Shown here in pieces: positions 9,545-18,067 of a stretch of DNA of 47,802 bases. The number at the start of each line of letters is the position of its first letter. The first letter of the stretch is position 1. Below the pieces are notes generated by a model, which worked only from the letters and a program-made list of their open reading frames with translations, was not told the DNA's origin and did no database searches. Both the position numbers and the translations under genes were made by a program. This stretch comes from an uncultured Desulfovibrionaceae bacterium. Its GTDB lineage: Bacteria > Desulfobacterota > Desulfovibrionia > Desulfovibrionales > Desulfovibrionaceae. The stretch covers positions 1,785 to 49,586 of the forward strand of contig CAYJIB010000003.1 in NCBI GenBank assembly GCA_964370125.1, in the 5' to 3' direction.

Positions 9545-9672
9545 CGGCACAAGGCGAATTTTTAGCTTATTTCAATGAAGATGAGCGGGCTTTGAGGAAT
9601 TTATTTAAACATAAATGACCGAAAAAGCCCGCGAAATCTGAAGCAGAAAGAAGCTAAAAATCCGCCTTGTGT
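9545..9672 (+). repeat. Structured element copy A: about 28-bp imperfect outer stem enclosing a conserved core of about 71 nt (candidate ncRNA)
   Basis: Arms 9545-9572 and 9645-9672 pair. The core (9576-9646) is about 90 percent identical to 37813-37883. It contains the inner hairpins GCGGGCTTT..AAAGCCCGC and ATTTAT..ATAAAT. Confidence 0.7.
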
Positions 9673-9675
9673 CAA

Positions 9676-10602
9676 TTAAAAAGCTTTTGTAAAGGTAAAG
9701 GCCGTCAAACTTCCTTGAGCGGCATTTCTGTTGCCAAGCTCAAAGGTCGTACGTAAAGCAAAGGCGGCTTTCCATTCAGGGATTTCAACAGCGATTTCAG
9801 GCCCGATAGCAAAGGCGCGGTAGAGGTTAGTATTGGGTGAATATCTGTCGTTCCCGCCGCTGTCTTCATTGAGCTGCCAAGAACAATAACCGATCACACC
9901 GACGTCAATATTGGCTCTTTTTGTTCTGAATGTCTTACCAAGACCCCATTCAAAGCTAAAGTCTTCACCAGGATTGATGTCTGTTTCTCTTTGCTTCAAG
10001 TTGATTTCATAGCGAGCAAGGGCAGAAAGGTGCCATTCTTTTTCTTCATCAAAATAGATTGTACCACCACCGCTAAGCATAAAGGACCAATAGCCTTTGC
10101 TGAGCTTTGTGGGATTATTTACATCAAAATCGCCCATGGGCAAGAAGACTGTTGCGGCTAAAACGGCGTCAAAGCGGTCTTCATTCCAGGCAATACCGAT
10201 AGGGTCAAAGGGCGCATCACCTATGTCAAAGGTGTGGTCAGTGTAGCTGTTGCCCGGACCGTGGTAGTCGATGTAGGAAAAAGGGAAGATGATATTGCTA
10301 AAAAGGTTTCCGCCGAGGGATTCAATTTCAGAACGATAGGTAAGGCGATGCCCCATAACATTTAAGCTGAGGTCAAAATCTTTGTGGATTTCATGGCCAT
10401 TATTGTCTCTCATCGAAGAAGCGCTGTAATTAACGAGGTAAAAACGATAATACCAGCCTGGATTTGGTGGAAGAGAAGCGACCTTTAAGCCTTCAACACC
10501 GCTAGGGTAATGACCATGAGCGGCAGAAGCCGTATTGGGTGCAACGAAAAAAAGACCGGCAAAGAAAGCAAAGAGCATGGATAGAGCAAATAAACGGCGC
10601 AC
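9676..10602 (-). CDS. Outer-membrane beta-barrel protein (MetA-pathway / 'transporter'-type OMP family-like)
   Basis: Signal peptide ending ASA, alternating beta-strand pattern and an aromatic C-terminus (..FTFTKAF). The family assignment is from memory only. Confidence 0.6.
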   Translation of the reverse strand: MRRLFALSMLFAFFAGLFFVAPNTASAAHGHYPSGVEGLKVASLPPNPGWYYRFYLVNYSASSMRDNNGHEIHKDFDLSLNVMGHRLTYRSEIESLGGNLFSNIIFPFSYIDYHGPGNSYTDHTFDIGDAPFDPIGIAWNEDRFDAVLAATVFLPMGDFDVNNPTKLSKGYWSFMLSGGGTIYFDEEKEWHLSALARYEINLKQRETDINPGEDFSFEWGLGKTFRTKRANIDVGVIGYCSWQLNEDSGGNDRYSPNTNLYRAFAIGPEIAVEIPEWKAAFALRTTFELGNRNAAQGSLTAFTFTKAF

Positions 10603-10655
10603 AGGAACCTCTCTTTTAGAATTTGGTTAAAATTTTTTGACCATAAAGCTTGCGT

Positions 10656-10684
10656 ATTCTAAGAGAGCTTATGCCCCTTGTCAA
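10656..10684 (-). promoter_or_regulatory. Sigma70-type promoter for the OMP gene
   Basis: Minus strand reads TTGACA-N17-TAGAAT. Confidence 0.5.
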
Positions 10685-10758
10685 GTTTTCTTTTTTATGA
10701 CTTTAGCAAGGCTCTAAAAAACAAGTCTTACTTTCCCAAGGCAAGCCCGAAAAGAAAA

Positions 10759-10787
10759 TTGCATTTTTTCTAGAAGTACTGTAGAGT
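10759..10787 (+). promoter_or_regulatory. Sigma70-type promoter for the small peptide gene
   Basis: TTGCAT-N17-TAGAGT, about 45 nt upstream of the AGGAGG RBS. Confidence 0.4.
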
Positions 10788-10830
10788 TTTTTGGGGCGAT
10801 TCTCCAAGTTTCAACAAGGAGGATATGCTT

Positions 10831-10917
10831 ATGGTGCATTTTCTGCTTGATATTCTTGCTATGATAGTAGCAGGGGTAGTCGTGGCTTTTGTGACTAATT
10901 TGTTCATTAACAAATAA
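10831..10917 (+). CDS. 28-aa hydrophobic peptide MVHFLLDILAMIVAGVVVAFVTNLFINK (type I toxin-like small membrane protein)
   Basis: Perfect AGGAGG (10817-10822) lies 8 nt before the ATG. The peptide has a single TM helix with a polar C-terminus and is followed by a 15-bp-stem hairpin. It is below the ORF-track size cutoff. Confidence 0.45.
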   Translation: MVHFLLDILAMIVAGVVVAFVTNLFINK

Positions 10918-10919
10918 TC

Positions 10920-11034
10920 ATAAATTTCAAGCCCGGCAGGACTGCATCCGTACCGGGCTTGAAATTTGTAATCTCTAAATTACAGGTGGATTGCCCACAA
11001 TAGGGTAGTGGTGTAGTAGCACTACTGCCCTTCT
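10920..11034 (-). ncRNA. Candidate convergent small RNA (putative antitoxin RNA) running from the 11041-11069 promoter to the shared hairpin
   Basis: A near-consensus minus-strand promoter is followed by a GC-rich hairpin (gggcagtagtgctactaccc region) and then the bidirectional hairpin. There is no ORF with an RBS. Confidence 0.3.
10922..10967. terminator. Bidirectional 15-bp-stem hairpin
   Basis: aaatttcaagcccgg / ccgggcttgaaattt with a 16-nt loop. Confidence 0.6.
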
Positions 11035-11040
11035 TTATGC

Positions 11041-11069
11041 AGTATACTCACACAAAAGCTCATTGTCAA
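11041..11069 (-). promoter_or_regulatory. Near-consensus sigma70 promoter facing the small peptide gene
   Basis: Minus strand reads TTGACA-N17-TATACT. It is located downstream of the comEC stop. Confidence 0.5.
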
Positions 11070-11151
11070 TAGCTGCATTGTCGTTCTTTGTACCTAAAGC
11101 AGGCATCAGAGAGCAAGCAGGTCTTATAAAAGCAAAGGCTTTTGGTCTCGG

Positions 11152-13779
11152 CTATAAAGCCTGCATTCTCGTCAGCTTCTTTTTCTTGTGTTCATACACT
11201 TTTACCAAGCGTCCTTCACGCCAAGTGAGGGCAATTTCGCCCGATGTCGAGGTGCTGTAGAGGGAGATTTTGCGTTTTTTCAAATTGTCTTGCAAATATT
11301 TTGAAGGAAAACCGTATCTGTTGCCCAAAGAGCAAGAAACTAGGGCAATGTCTGGCTTTGTTTTGTCGTATAGGGGCAAATACGTGTCTGCTTCTGAGCC
11401 GTGATGCGGCACAACAATGGCTTCTGAACGGACAGCAGGATATTTTTTGAGCCATGCTCTCTGTGTTGTTTCACTCATATCGCCCATTACAAGAAGCAAA
11501 GGACATTCTTTGCCCCTACACCTTCTTTGGCCCTTGTCTATAGCAAAATTTTCTTGAGCATTTGTATTATTGTTTTCCTTTTTGTAGACAAGCAAGGCGA
11601 CAAGGCCGTCATTGCCTTGCATTTTGTCTGGCGGAAGCAATTTGAGAAAAAGGTGCGGAGAAAGCTTAATGCACTTGGCCTTGCTTATGCGCTCATAAGG
11701 CACAGCTTCCTTTTTTAGGATATTGCGCAAAGTCCTCAAGTTTTTGTTATTATGGGTAGGGATGTAGGCCTTGCCCACAGAAAAATACTCCGCCAAAAAT
11801 ATAAGACCTTGAATGTGATCAATGTCGGGGTGGGTTAAGACAAGATTGTCTATATGAGGCAGGCGATTTTGTGTAAGAATAGGCGCCAAGATGCCCGAGC
11901 CGCTATTAAAACGACCTGAACGAAAACCACCACCGTCAATAAGTAGTCGAGAAGGGCCAAGGGCAAAAGGTTTTTCTGCCCACTCAATAAGCACAGCCTG
12001 CCCCTGACCAACGTCAAGCAATCGTACAGAAACTGTTGATTGGCTATAGGCCTTATAATTATCAACAACAAGCTGAATGGGTGTCACAAGGAAGAGCAGG
12101 GCGGCAGCAAGAAGGCAACGCTTTGCCGGAGAGGGCAAATGCTTTCGTCCTAAATACAATGCACAAGCGAGAAGCAGGCAAACATAGGCAAGTGAAGTCG
12201 TCCAAGAAGGCTTTGGCATATACAAAGCGTCCATGCCACTTTCTGCGCACCAATGCAAAAAATGTAAAAAAGCTTCACAAGGCAGACTTGCCAAATGTAA
12301 AAAGAAAAAAGCAAAGGCATCAAAGCCAAGCATAATGCCAAAAAGCCCCAAAAAAGCTGCTGGTAAAACAAGAACAGAAAGAACAGGCAGCCAAAGCACA
12401 TTAAAGAAAATATAAGGGCTTTGCGTGCCAAAGGTCGAGAGGCTTATAGGCAAAACACCAAGTTGCGCGCTTAAAGAAACAGCAAAAAGGCAAAGAACAA
12501 AGACAAGAAAGCGGCGCGGAAGACGAGCAAGGAAGCTTTTTTTGTGACGCTCTTTATTGCTTGGCCTTTGCCAGGTCATTTGCCAAATTGTCTTTTGAAG
12601 GGGCAAGAAGAAGGCAATGCTAAGAAGAGCAGAAAAAGAAAGCTGCAGGCTTAAATCAAAAAGCAGGTCGGGCTTGAAAGCTATCATAATAATAAAGCAT
12701 AGACAAAGAGCGTCAAGCAATGAGCCTTTCTTTTCAATAATAAGCAATACCGCTCCAAGGCAAAGCATTGTGGCTGCTCGTAAGAGAGAAGGCGGGGCAG
12801 ATCCAAGCCAAAGATAGAAAAGAGCAAAGGGCAGGCTAAGTAAAGCAATCAGATAATTGCGGGGGACATGCTCAAAAAATTTTCCGTGAACAAAGGTGTA
12901 TATGGTTAGCAATACCGCAGCCAAGAAAGTGGCGACTGAGAGGTGCTGACCTGAAAGGGCAAGAGAATGCGCAAGGCTTGCGTCACGAAACAAATCAAAA
13001 CTTTCTTGGCTAAGATAGTATTTATCGCCAAAAAGCAAGGCCATAACAATAGCAGAGGCCTGTCCTTTTATGCCTTTGTGGTCAGTTTTTTCTGGTTTTT
13101 GTAGATTCTTTGTTTTTTCAAGGCCGAGCATTCTTGCTGTTTTCATACGCCAAGCTTCACGAATGTGACTGCCTTCTTGGGCTTGCTTGTCAATGACATT
13201 GAGCTCGCCTTTGCGTGACCAAGAGCGCAAAAACACTTCTTGCCTGTGCCAATAGTCTGTGCTTGAGAAATTCCCTCGATTGGCAAAAGAGCTTATTGGG
13301 CGAAGGATATATTCTTGTTCTACTCTTTGCCCGACAAGGGGGCGGCTTGTGCTTTTGTCCCAAGTCCAGATGAGTTCGCCATTGTACTCTTCTTGGTTTT
13401 TGACATGAATATCTTCAAGAAAAACACGCAATCGTTCATCGTGCAGGCTTTGCACTCTACTGATGCGGGCATTGATATGTCTTTTTTGTGGGCGATTGTC
13501 TTCGTCTATTTTTGCCCAAGAAGGAAGGTTTGGAGTGTTTTGTGTTTCGTATTGAGCAAAAAAGACATGACCAAGGCCAAAACAGAGGCAAAGCAAGAGC
13601 ATTGCGCTAAAACGCCAAGTGCGTGAATCTATCCAAAAAATAAGGACAAGGCCTGTAAGCGACAAAAGGCCGTAGCGAACACTGACCATTCCCAAGACGA
13701 TTGTCAAAAGGGCGAGATGGCGGAAGAGCAAGGCGTGAAGCCTTGGGCTTTGTGTATTATTTCTCGTATTTGTAGGCAT
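11152..13779 (-). CDS. comEC: ComEC/Rec2 DNA internalisation competence protein with a C-terminal metallo-beta-lactamase domain
   Basis: An N-terminal OB/DUF4131-like region, a polytopic competence domain, and VLLDVGQGQA..THPDIDH (HxHxDH-like) MBL motifs. Confidence 0.9.
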   Translation of the reverse strand: MPTNTRNNTQSPRLHALLFRHLALLTIVLGMVSVRYGLLSLTGLVLIFWIDSRTWRFSAMLLLCLCFGLGHVFFAQYETQNTPNLPSWAKIDEDNRPQKRHINARISRVQSLHDERLRVFLEDIHVKNQEEYNGELIWTWDKSTSRPLVGQRVEQEYILRPISSFANRGNFSSTDYWHRQEVFLRSWSRKGELNVIDKQAQEGSHIREAWRMKTARMLGLEKTKNLQKPEKTDHKGIKGQASAIVMALLFGDKYYLSQESFDLFRDASLAHSLALSGQHLSVATFLAAVLLTIYTFVHGKFFEHVPRNYLIALLSLPFALFYLWLGSAPPSLLRAATMLCLGAVLLIIEKKGSLLDALCLCFIIMIAFKPDLLFDLSLQLSFSALLSIAFFLPLQKTIWQMTWQRPSNKERHKKSFLARLPRRFLVFVLCLFAVSLSAQLGVLPISLSTFGTQSPYIFFNVLWLPVLSVLVLPAAFLGLFGIMLGFDAFAFFFLHLASLPCEAFLHFLHWCAESGMDALYMPKPSWTTSLAYVCLLLACALYLGRKHLPSPAKRCLLAAALLFLVTPIQLVVDNYKAYSQSTVSVRLLDVGQGQAVLIEWAEKPFALGPSRLLIDGGGFRSGRFNSGSGILAPILTQNRLPHIDNLVLTHPDIDHIQGLIFLAEYFSVGKAYIPTHNNKNLRTLRNILKKEAVPYERISKAKCIKLSPHLFLKLLPPDKMQGNDGLVALLVYKKENNNTNAQENFAIDKGQRRCRGKECPLLLVMGDMSETTQRAWLKKYPAVRSEAIVVPHHGSEADTYLPLYDKTKPDIALVSCSLGNRYGFPSKYLQDNLKKRKISLYSTSTSGEIALTWREGRLVKVYEHKKKKLTRMQAL

Positions 13780-13999
13780 GTCTTCCGCTCGGCGGGTTAA
13801 GAAGGCACGTCACAATTTCGATAATGCTACACACTATTATAATACACAAACAAGCCCTTGGCAAGGCTCTTGTCGCACTTGCCCATATTTTCACGCAAAA
13901 ACACAAAAAGCCTAGAAAAACCGTCATATATGACTTGCAAAAAAAGCTTCTCTTTGATAAGTAAGGTAAAAATATCTTTGATAAAAATGAGGCCTTAGG

Positions 14000-15253
14000 A
14001 TGACAAACAATGCGCCCAGCGAAAAGACAGGCTTCCAAAGCTCAGCCACAGGCTCAACAAGGCTTTGGACGACTGAATTTACTTTGCTTTTTTTACTAGC
14101 GGCCTTTGCCAATGTGTATTTGGCGGTTTTTTACGGTTTTGAACATTGGCTCAGCACTGTAAACATTAGTCCGCAATGGCGTGGTGTCTTGCTTGGCTCT
14201 TTGGGCCTTGGTGTTATGTCGGCTCGCCCCTTTGTGTCTGTTTGGCTTATGCAACACAGGGGCCTTTTGCTTATGGCCTGTGCTCTTTTAACAAACAGTA
14301 TGTTTCTTGTGAGTTATAGCTTTACCGTTTCTCCCTATGCTATTATGTTTATACGCTTTTTTCAGGGAAGCTGCATTGCTGTCATGACCAGCGTTTCGAT
14401 GAGCGTCTTGGTAGAATGTATCCCCAAGGGGCAAAGCACAAAGGCTTTTGCGGCTTTTTCTTTGACCATGGTTTTGCCCTATTCTATTGTGCCTATCGTT
14501 GCCGAGCAGATGTTGCCACACTTAAGCGAGGCCGCTCATCTTTATGCCTATGCCGCCTTGCTTGGTATTCCTTCTTTGCTGGCCATGTATTTGCTTTCTC
14601 GTCGCTTGCCAAAGAGAGAGCAAAAAAGCGGCGGATCTGGTAAGGGTTCTGGCGGCGGCTCGTTCTCTTTAAAGCATATATGGAATGCTATCTTTCATTC
14701 TGGCCTCTTTCTCGCCTTTCTTTCAGTCTTTTTCTTGGCCTGCGCTTATTTTACGGTTTTTTATTTTATGAAGAGCCTTTGCGCTTCAAATGGCGTAGAT
14801 GCGGGGCTTTTCTTTACGACCTATACGGCCTTTGTCATTATCATTCGCTTCTTTGCTGGTGGCAAGATGGACAAAATCCCTCGCATTCCTGGGATTTTGC
14901 TCTGTGCGGCCGCTTCTGGTGTGGCCTTTATGGGCTTTGCTTTTGGGCCGACTTGGCTCTTTATGCCCTTTGCAGCCCTTCACGGCCTGGGTTCTGGTAT
15001 TTTGTATCCCATGCTTGCGGCCACGGTCTATGATATGTCGACACCAGAGACACGTTCAATCAATTCAAATACTTTGCTACTCTTTTTTGATGCGGCGGTT
15101 ATCGGTTCGTCGCTCATTGGCGGCATTATCCTTGACATGGGCTTTAGCTATGAAGATGTCTTCTTTAATGGCAGCTTCTACCTTGTGATCATTATAGCTT
15201 GCATGACTTTCTTTGCGCCAAGGTGGAAAAGAAGGCATGAGCTTGTAGACTAA
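14000..15253 (+). CDS. MFS transporter, tandem paralog 1
   Basis: About 12 TM helices. It shares the conserved block W..EFT..FL.A.FAN.Y.A.FY.FE.WL...I.PQWRG with the next two genes. Confidence 0.85.
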   Translation: MTNNAPSEKTGFQSSATGSTRLWTTEFTLLFLLAAFANVYLAVFYGFEHWLSTVNISPQWRGVLLGSLGLGVMSARPFVSVWLMQHRGLLLMACALLTNSMFLVSYSFTVSPYAIMFIRFFQGSCIAVMTSVSMSVLVECIPKGQSTKAFAAFSLTMVLPYSIVPIVAEQMLPHLSEAAHLYAYAALLGIPSLLAMYLLSRRLPKREQKSGGSGKGSGGGSFSLKHIWNAIFHSGLFLAFLSVFFLACAYFTVFYFMKSLCASNGVDAGLFFTTYTAFVIIIRFFAGGKMDKIPRIPGILLCAAASGVAFMGFAFGPTWLFMPFAALHGLGSGILYPMLAATVYDMSTPETRSINSNTLLLFFDAAVIGSSLIGGIILDMGFSYEDVFFNGSFYLVIIIACMTFFAPRWKRRHELVD

Positions 15254-15317
15254 GCGTAAATTATTTACTTGTAAAATGGCTCTTTTTTTGCGATAAGGCT
15301 TATAAAAGGATGGGGAT

Positions 15318-16562
15318 ATGTCAGAAAACAAAAGTACCGATACTGTGACCAAGGAAGAAAGCCCTTCGCTAGAGCTTGCGCCAAAGCCGACAAGTCTTTG
15401 GAATTTTGAATTTACGCTTATCTTTTTGATTGCCATGTTCTCCAATGTCTTCATTGCCATTTTTTATGGCTTTGATTATTGGATGGAAAACAGGGGGATT
15501 GGCCCGCAATGGCGAGGCATTTTGCTTGGTGTTTTGGGTCTTGCCGTACTTTGTACACGGCTCTACATGACGGCTTGGCTTTTGCGGCACAGAGGTCTTT
15601 GGCTTATGACCTTGGCTCTTGTAGTGTCTGCAGGCGTTATGATGTCCTATGATTTTGCGAGCACCCCTGCCTCTATTTTTGCCCTACGTTTTTTACAGGG
15701 CATGTGCTTTGCCATTGTGAATTCTATCAATGTCAGCATCTTGGTTGATTGTATCCCCGAAGGACAAAGCACCCGTGCCTTTGCTATGTTTTCTTTAACG
15801 TACATCTTGCCCTATTCGGCTGTGCCACTGATCGGTGAATATATTTTGACTTTTTTAGCAAATCCAAGTCATCTTTATACTGTCACGTCTGTGCTTGCCC
15901 TGCCTGCTCTTTTTTCCTTATTTTTATTAGTACGCCGCCTGCCAAAGAAAGAATTTGATCCAAATGCCAAAGCTCTTTCTTTGCTTCATGTATGGAAAAA
16001 TTTACGTTCTTCTGGCCTGATCTTGATTTTCTTGTCGGTGCTTTTCTTTGCCTGTGCGCATTTCACCTTTATGTTCTTTTTGAAGGGCCTTAGTATCCGT
16101 ATGGGAGTTAATGCTGGACATGTCTTTGGCGTGTATACGGTCTTTGTTATTCTTGTTCGTTTTGTGGGCAACAATCTCTTGGCAAAAATCCCTCGCATGA
16201 CCAGCATTATCACTTGTGCGGCCCTACTCGTTGCTATTTTCCTTGGTTTTGCTTTTGGGCCTTCTTGGATGCTTATTCCTCTAGCTGTGCCTTATGGCAT
16301 AGGCATGGGCATTGCCTATCCCATGCTTATGGCTACAAACTACGATATGTCGCCGCCAGAAAATCGTTCGCTCAATTCAAACACCATGCTTTTATTTTTT
16401 GATGCAGCGACGATGGTGTGTTCGCTTGCTGGTGGCGCTGTTCTTGACCTTACTGATTCGTATGGTGCTGTGCTTGCCAATGGGGCTGTCTATATGGCTC
16501 TTATTGTTGTATGTATGACGCTCTTTATTCCAAGATGGAAGCAAAGACAAAAGGCCGCATAG
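15318..16562 (+). CDS. MFS transporter, tandem paralog 2
   Basis: Same architecture and conserved blocks (ECIP.GQST.AFA.FSL, SINSNT.LLFFDAA). Confidence 0.85.
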   Translation: MSENKSTDTVTKEESPSLELAPKPTSLWNFEFTLIFLIAMFSNVFIAIFYGFDYWMENRGIGPQWRGILLGVLGLAVLCTRLYMTAWLLRHRGLWLMTLALVVSAGVMMSYDFASTPASIFALRFLQGMCFAIVNSINVSILVDCIPEGQSTRAFAMFSLTYILPYSAVPLIGEYILTFLANPSHLYTVTSVLALPALFSLFLLVRRLPKKEFDPNAKALSLLHVWKNLRSSGLILIFLSVLFFACAHFTFMFFLKGLSIRMGVNAGHVFGVYTVFVILVRFVGNNLLAKIPRMTSIITCAALLVAIFLGFAFGPSWMLIPLAVPYGIGMGIAYPMLMATNYDMSPPENRSLNSNTMLLFFDAATMVCSLAGGAVLDLTDSYGAVLANGAVYMALIVVCMTLFIPRWKQRQKAA

Positions 16563-16597
16563 TACATTTTTGTTAAAACTGCAAATGGAGGTTTTTC

Positions 16598-17863
16598 ATG
16601 TCTACGGATATGGCAAATAATGATGTCCCTCAAGCTGAGCAAGAGGCGCAAGCACAACAAGAAGCTTCCCCGCCTGCGCCGCCAAAGCCGCAAAGCGTTT
16701 GGACACTTGAATTTACCACCCTTATGCTGCTTGCTATCTTTGCCAATTTGTATGTGGCTGTCTTTTATAGCTTTGAGCAGTGGCTTGTCTTAAAGAGCAT
16801 TGGCCCGCAATGGCGTGGACTTATTCTTGGTTCTATGGGCCTTGCTGTTTTATCTACACGCTCCTTTGTCTCTGTGTGGCTTATGCGGCACAGAGGCTTT
16901 GTCCTTATGGCGATGGCTCTTTTAGTCAATAGCCTTATCCTTGTGGCCTATACCTTTGTTGATACGCCAGAGCCCATTATGGGCTTGCGTATCTTGCACG
17001 GTGTTTGCTTTGCGGTTATCAATTCTGTGGCGATGAGCGCCTTGGTGGAATGTATTCCTGATGGGCAAAGCACGAGGGCTTTTGCGCTTTTTTCTTTAAC
17101 CCGCATCTTGCCTTATTCCATTGCGCCGGCGGTTTCAGAATTTGTCTTGCCAAGCCTAAGCGACCCAAGTCATCTCTATGCCTATACGGCCTTGCTTGGC
17201 CTGCCTTCTCTTATAGGCATGTATATTATGGCTAAAAGGCTTCCGAAAAAGCCCCCGAGCAGTGACGGAAAAGAGCCTTATTCTTTGTGGCAGGTTATCA
17301 GCAATATGAATAAGTCCGGTCTTTTCCTCGTCTTTGCTTCTGTTGGTTTTGTGGCTTGTGCTTATTTTACGACCATTTTCTATATGAAGGGCCTCTGCCT
17401 TGACAATGGCACCAATCCTGCTGTTTTCTTTGGATTTTATACTGGTTGTATTATTCTTACTCGTTTCTTGGGCGCAAAGGTTGATCAGATCCCTCGCATC
17501 CCTGGCATTATGATTTGTGTGGCTTTGTCGGCTCTTGCTTTTGTTGGTTTTGCTTATGGCCCAGGCTGGATGCTTATTCCTCTTGCTATTGTTTATGGTA
17601 CCTCAATGGGGATCGGTTATCCTATGATTTCTGCGACTGTATACGATATGTCGAGCAAGGAGACTCGTTCGATCAATGCCAATACGATGATGCTTTTCTT
17701 TGATGCGGCCAATGTTGTTGGCTCTATTATTGGCGGCAATATCTTGGATTTTGGCGGCGATTATCACGATGTTTTCTTTAGCGGTTTTGTGTATATGGTG
17801 CTTATTTTGATCTGTATGGTTTTCTTTGCGCCTAAATGGCGACGTCGCCACGAATTTATATAA
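16598..17863 (+). CDS. MFS transporter, tandem paralog 3
   Basis: Same architecture, with RBS ggagg 6 nt upstream. Confidence 0.85.
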   Translation: MSTDMANNDVPQAEQEAQAQQEASPPAPPKPQSVWTLEFTTLMLLAIFANLYVAVFYSFEQWLVLKSIGPQWRGLILGSMGLAVLSTRSFVSVWLMRHRGFVLMAMALLVNSLILVAYTFVDTPEPIMGLRILHGVCFAVINSVAMSALVECIPDGQSTRAFALFSLTRILPYSIAPAVSEFVLPSLSDPSHLYAYTALLGLPSLIGMYIMAKRLPKKPPSSDGKEPYSLWQVISNMNKSGLFLVFASVGFVACAYFTTIFYMKGLCLDNGTNPAVFFGFYTGCIILTRFLGAKVDQIPRIPGIMICVALSALAFVGFAYGPGWMLIPLAIVYGTSMGIGYPMISATVYDMSSKETRSINANTMMLFFDAANVVGSIIGGNILDFGGDYHDVFFSGFVYMVLILICMVFFAPKWRRRHEFI

Positions 17864-17988
17864 GGGCGTTGAAAAGGGTCAATCTGCGGCGTTAAATTCT
17901 TTTTTTGCTCCATGTCGAATACCAATTCGTATACTCATTCCGCAAAAAAAGAATTTGCCTTGCATCTTGACCCTTTTGAACGCCCTTT
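17864..17988. repeat. Long imperfect palindrome (about 125 nt) immediately after the MFS stop codon
   Basis: agggcgttgaaaagggtcaa pairs with ttgacccttttgaacgccct. Inner arm aattctttttttgc pairs with gcaaaaaaagaatt. Confidence 0.75.
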
Positions 17989-18067
17989 GGTTTTTGCTGG
18001 CACCTAAGGTTTTTTTTGAGCTTTTACCCTCTGGTGTTTTTGAGCTGCCCTTTGGTTTTTGCTGGCA
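17982..18067. repeat. Two perfect 21-nt direct repeats (gccctttggtttttgctggca) 65 nt apart, interleaved with repeated tttttgagct
   Basis: Exact copies at 17982-18002 and 18047-18067. Confidence 0.8.

Noticed and set aside
9611-9637. Eight-codon mini-ORF inside the conserved core (ATG ACC GAA AAA GCC CGC GAA ATC TGA).
   Set aside because: The nearest SD-like GAGGA is about 16 nt upstream, which is too far. The two-nucleotide CGC to CAT change between copies is matched by a compensating change on the opposite helix strand, which favours RNA structure over coding.
9576-9646. Hammerhead ribozyme. The core reads GAUGA-[stem]-GAAA, like the CUGAUGA / stem II / GAAA hammerhead core.
   Set aside because: The essential C3-U4 are replaced by AA in both copies. 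There is also no third helix or cleavage-site arrangement between the outer stem and the core, so only two of the three required helices can be drawn. A kink-turn register also did not fit.
9545-9672. Integron attC site or classical MITE as an explanation for the long hairpins.
   Set aside because: No RYYYAAC / GTTRRRY core sites are present at the arm ends of copy A, and GTTAAC in copy B only partly fits. There is no integrase or gene-cassette context. MITEs conserve their termini, whereas here the termini differ and the centre is conserved.
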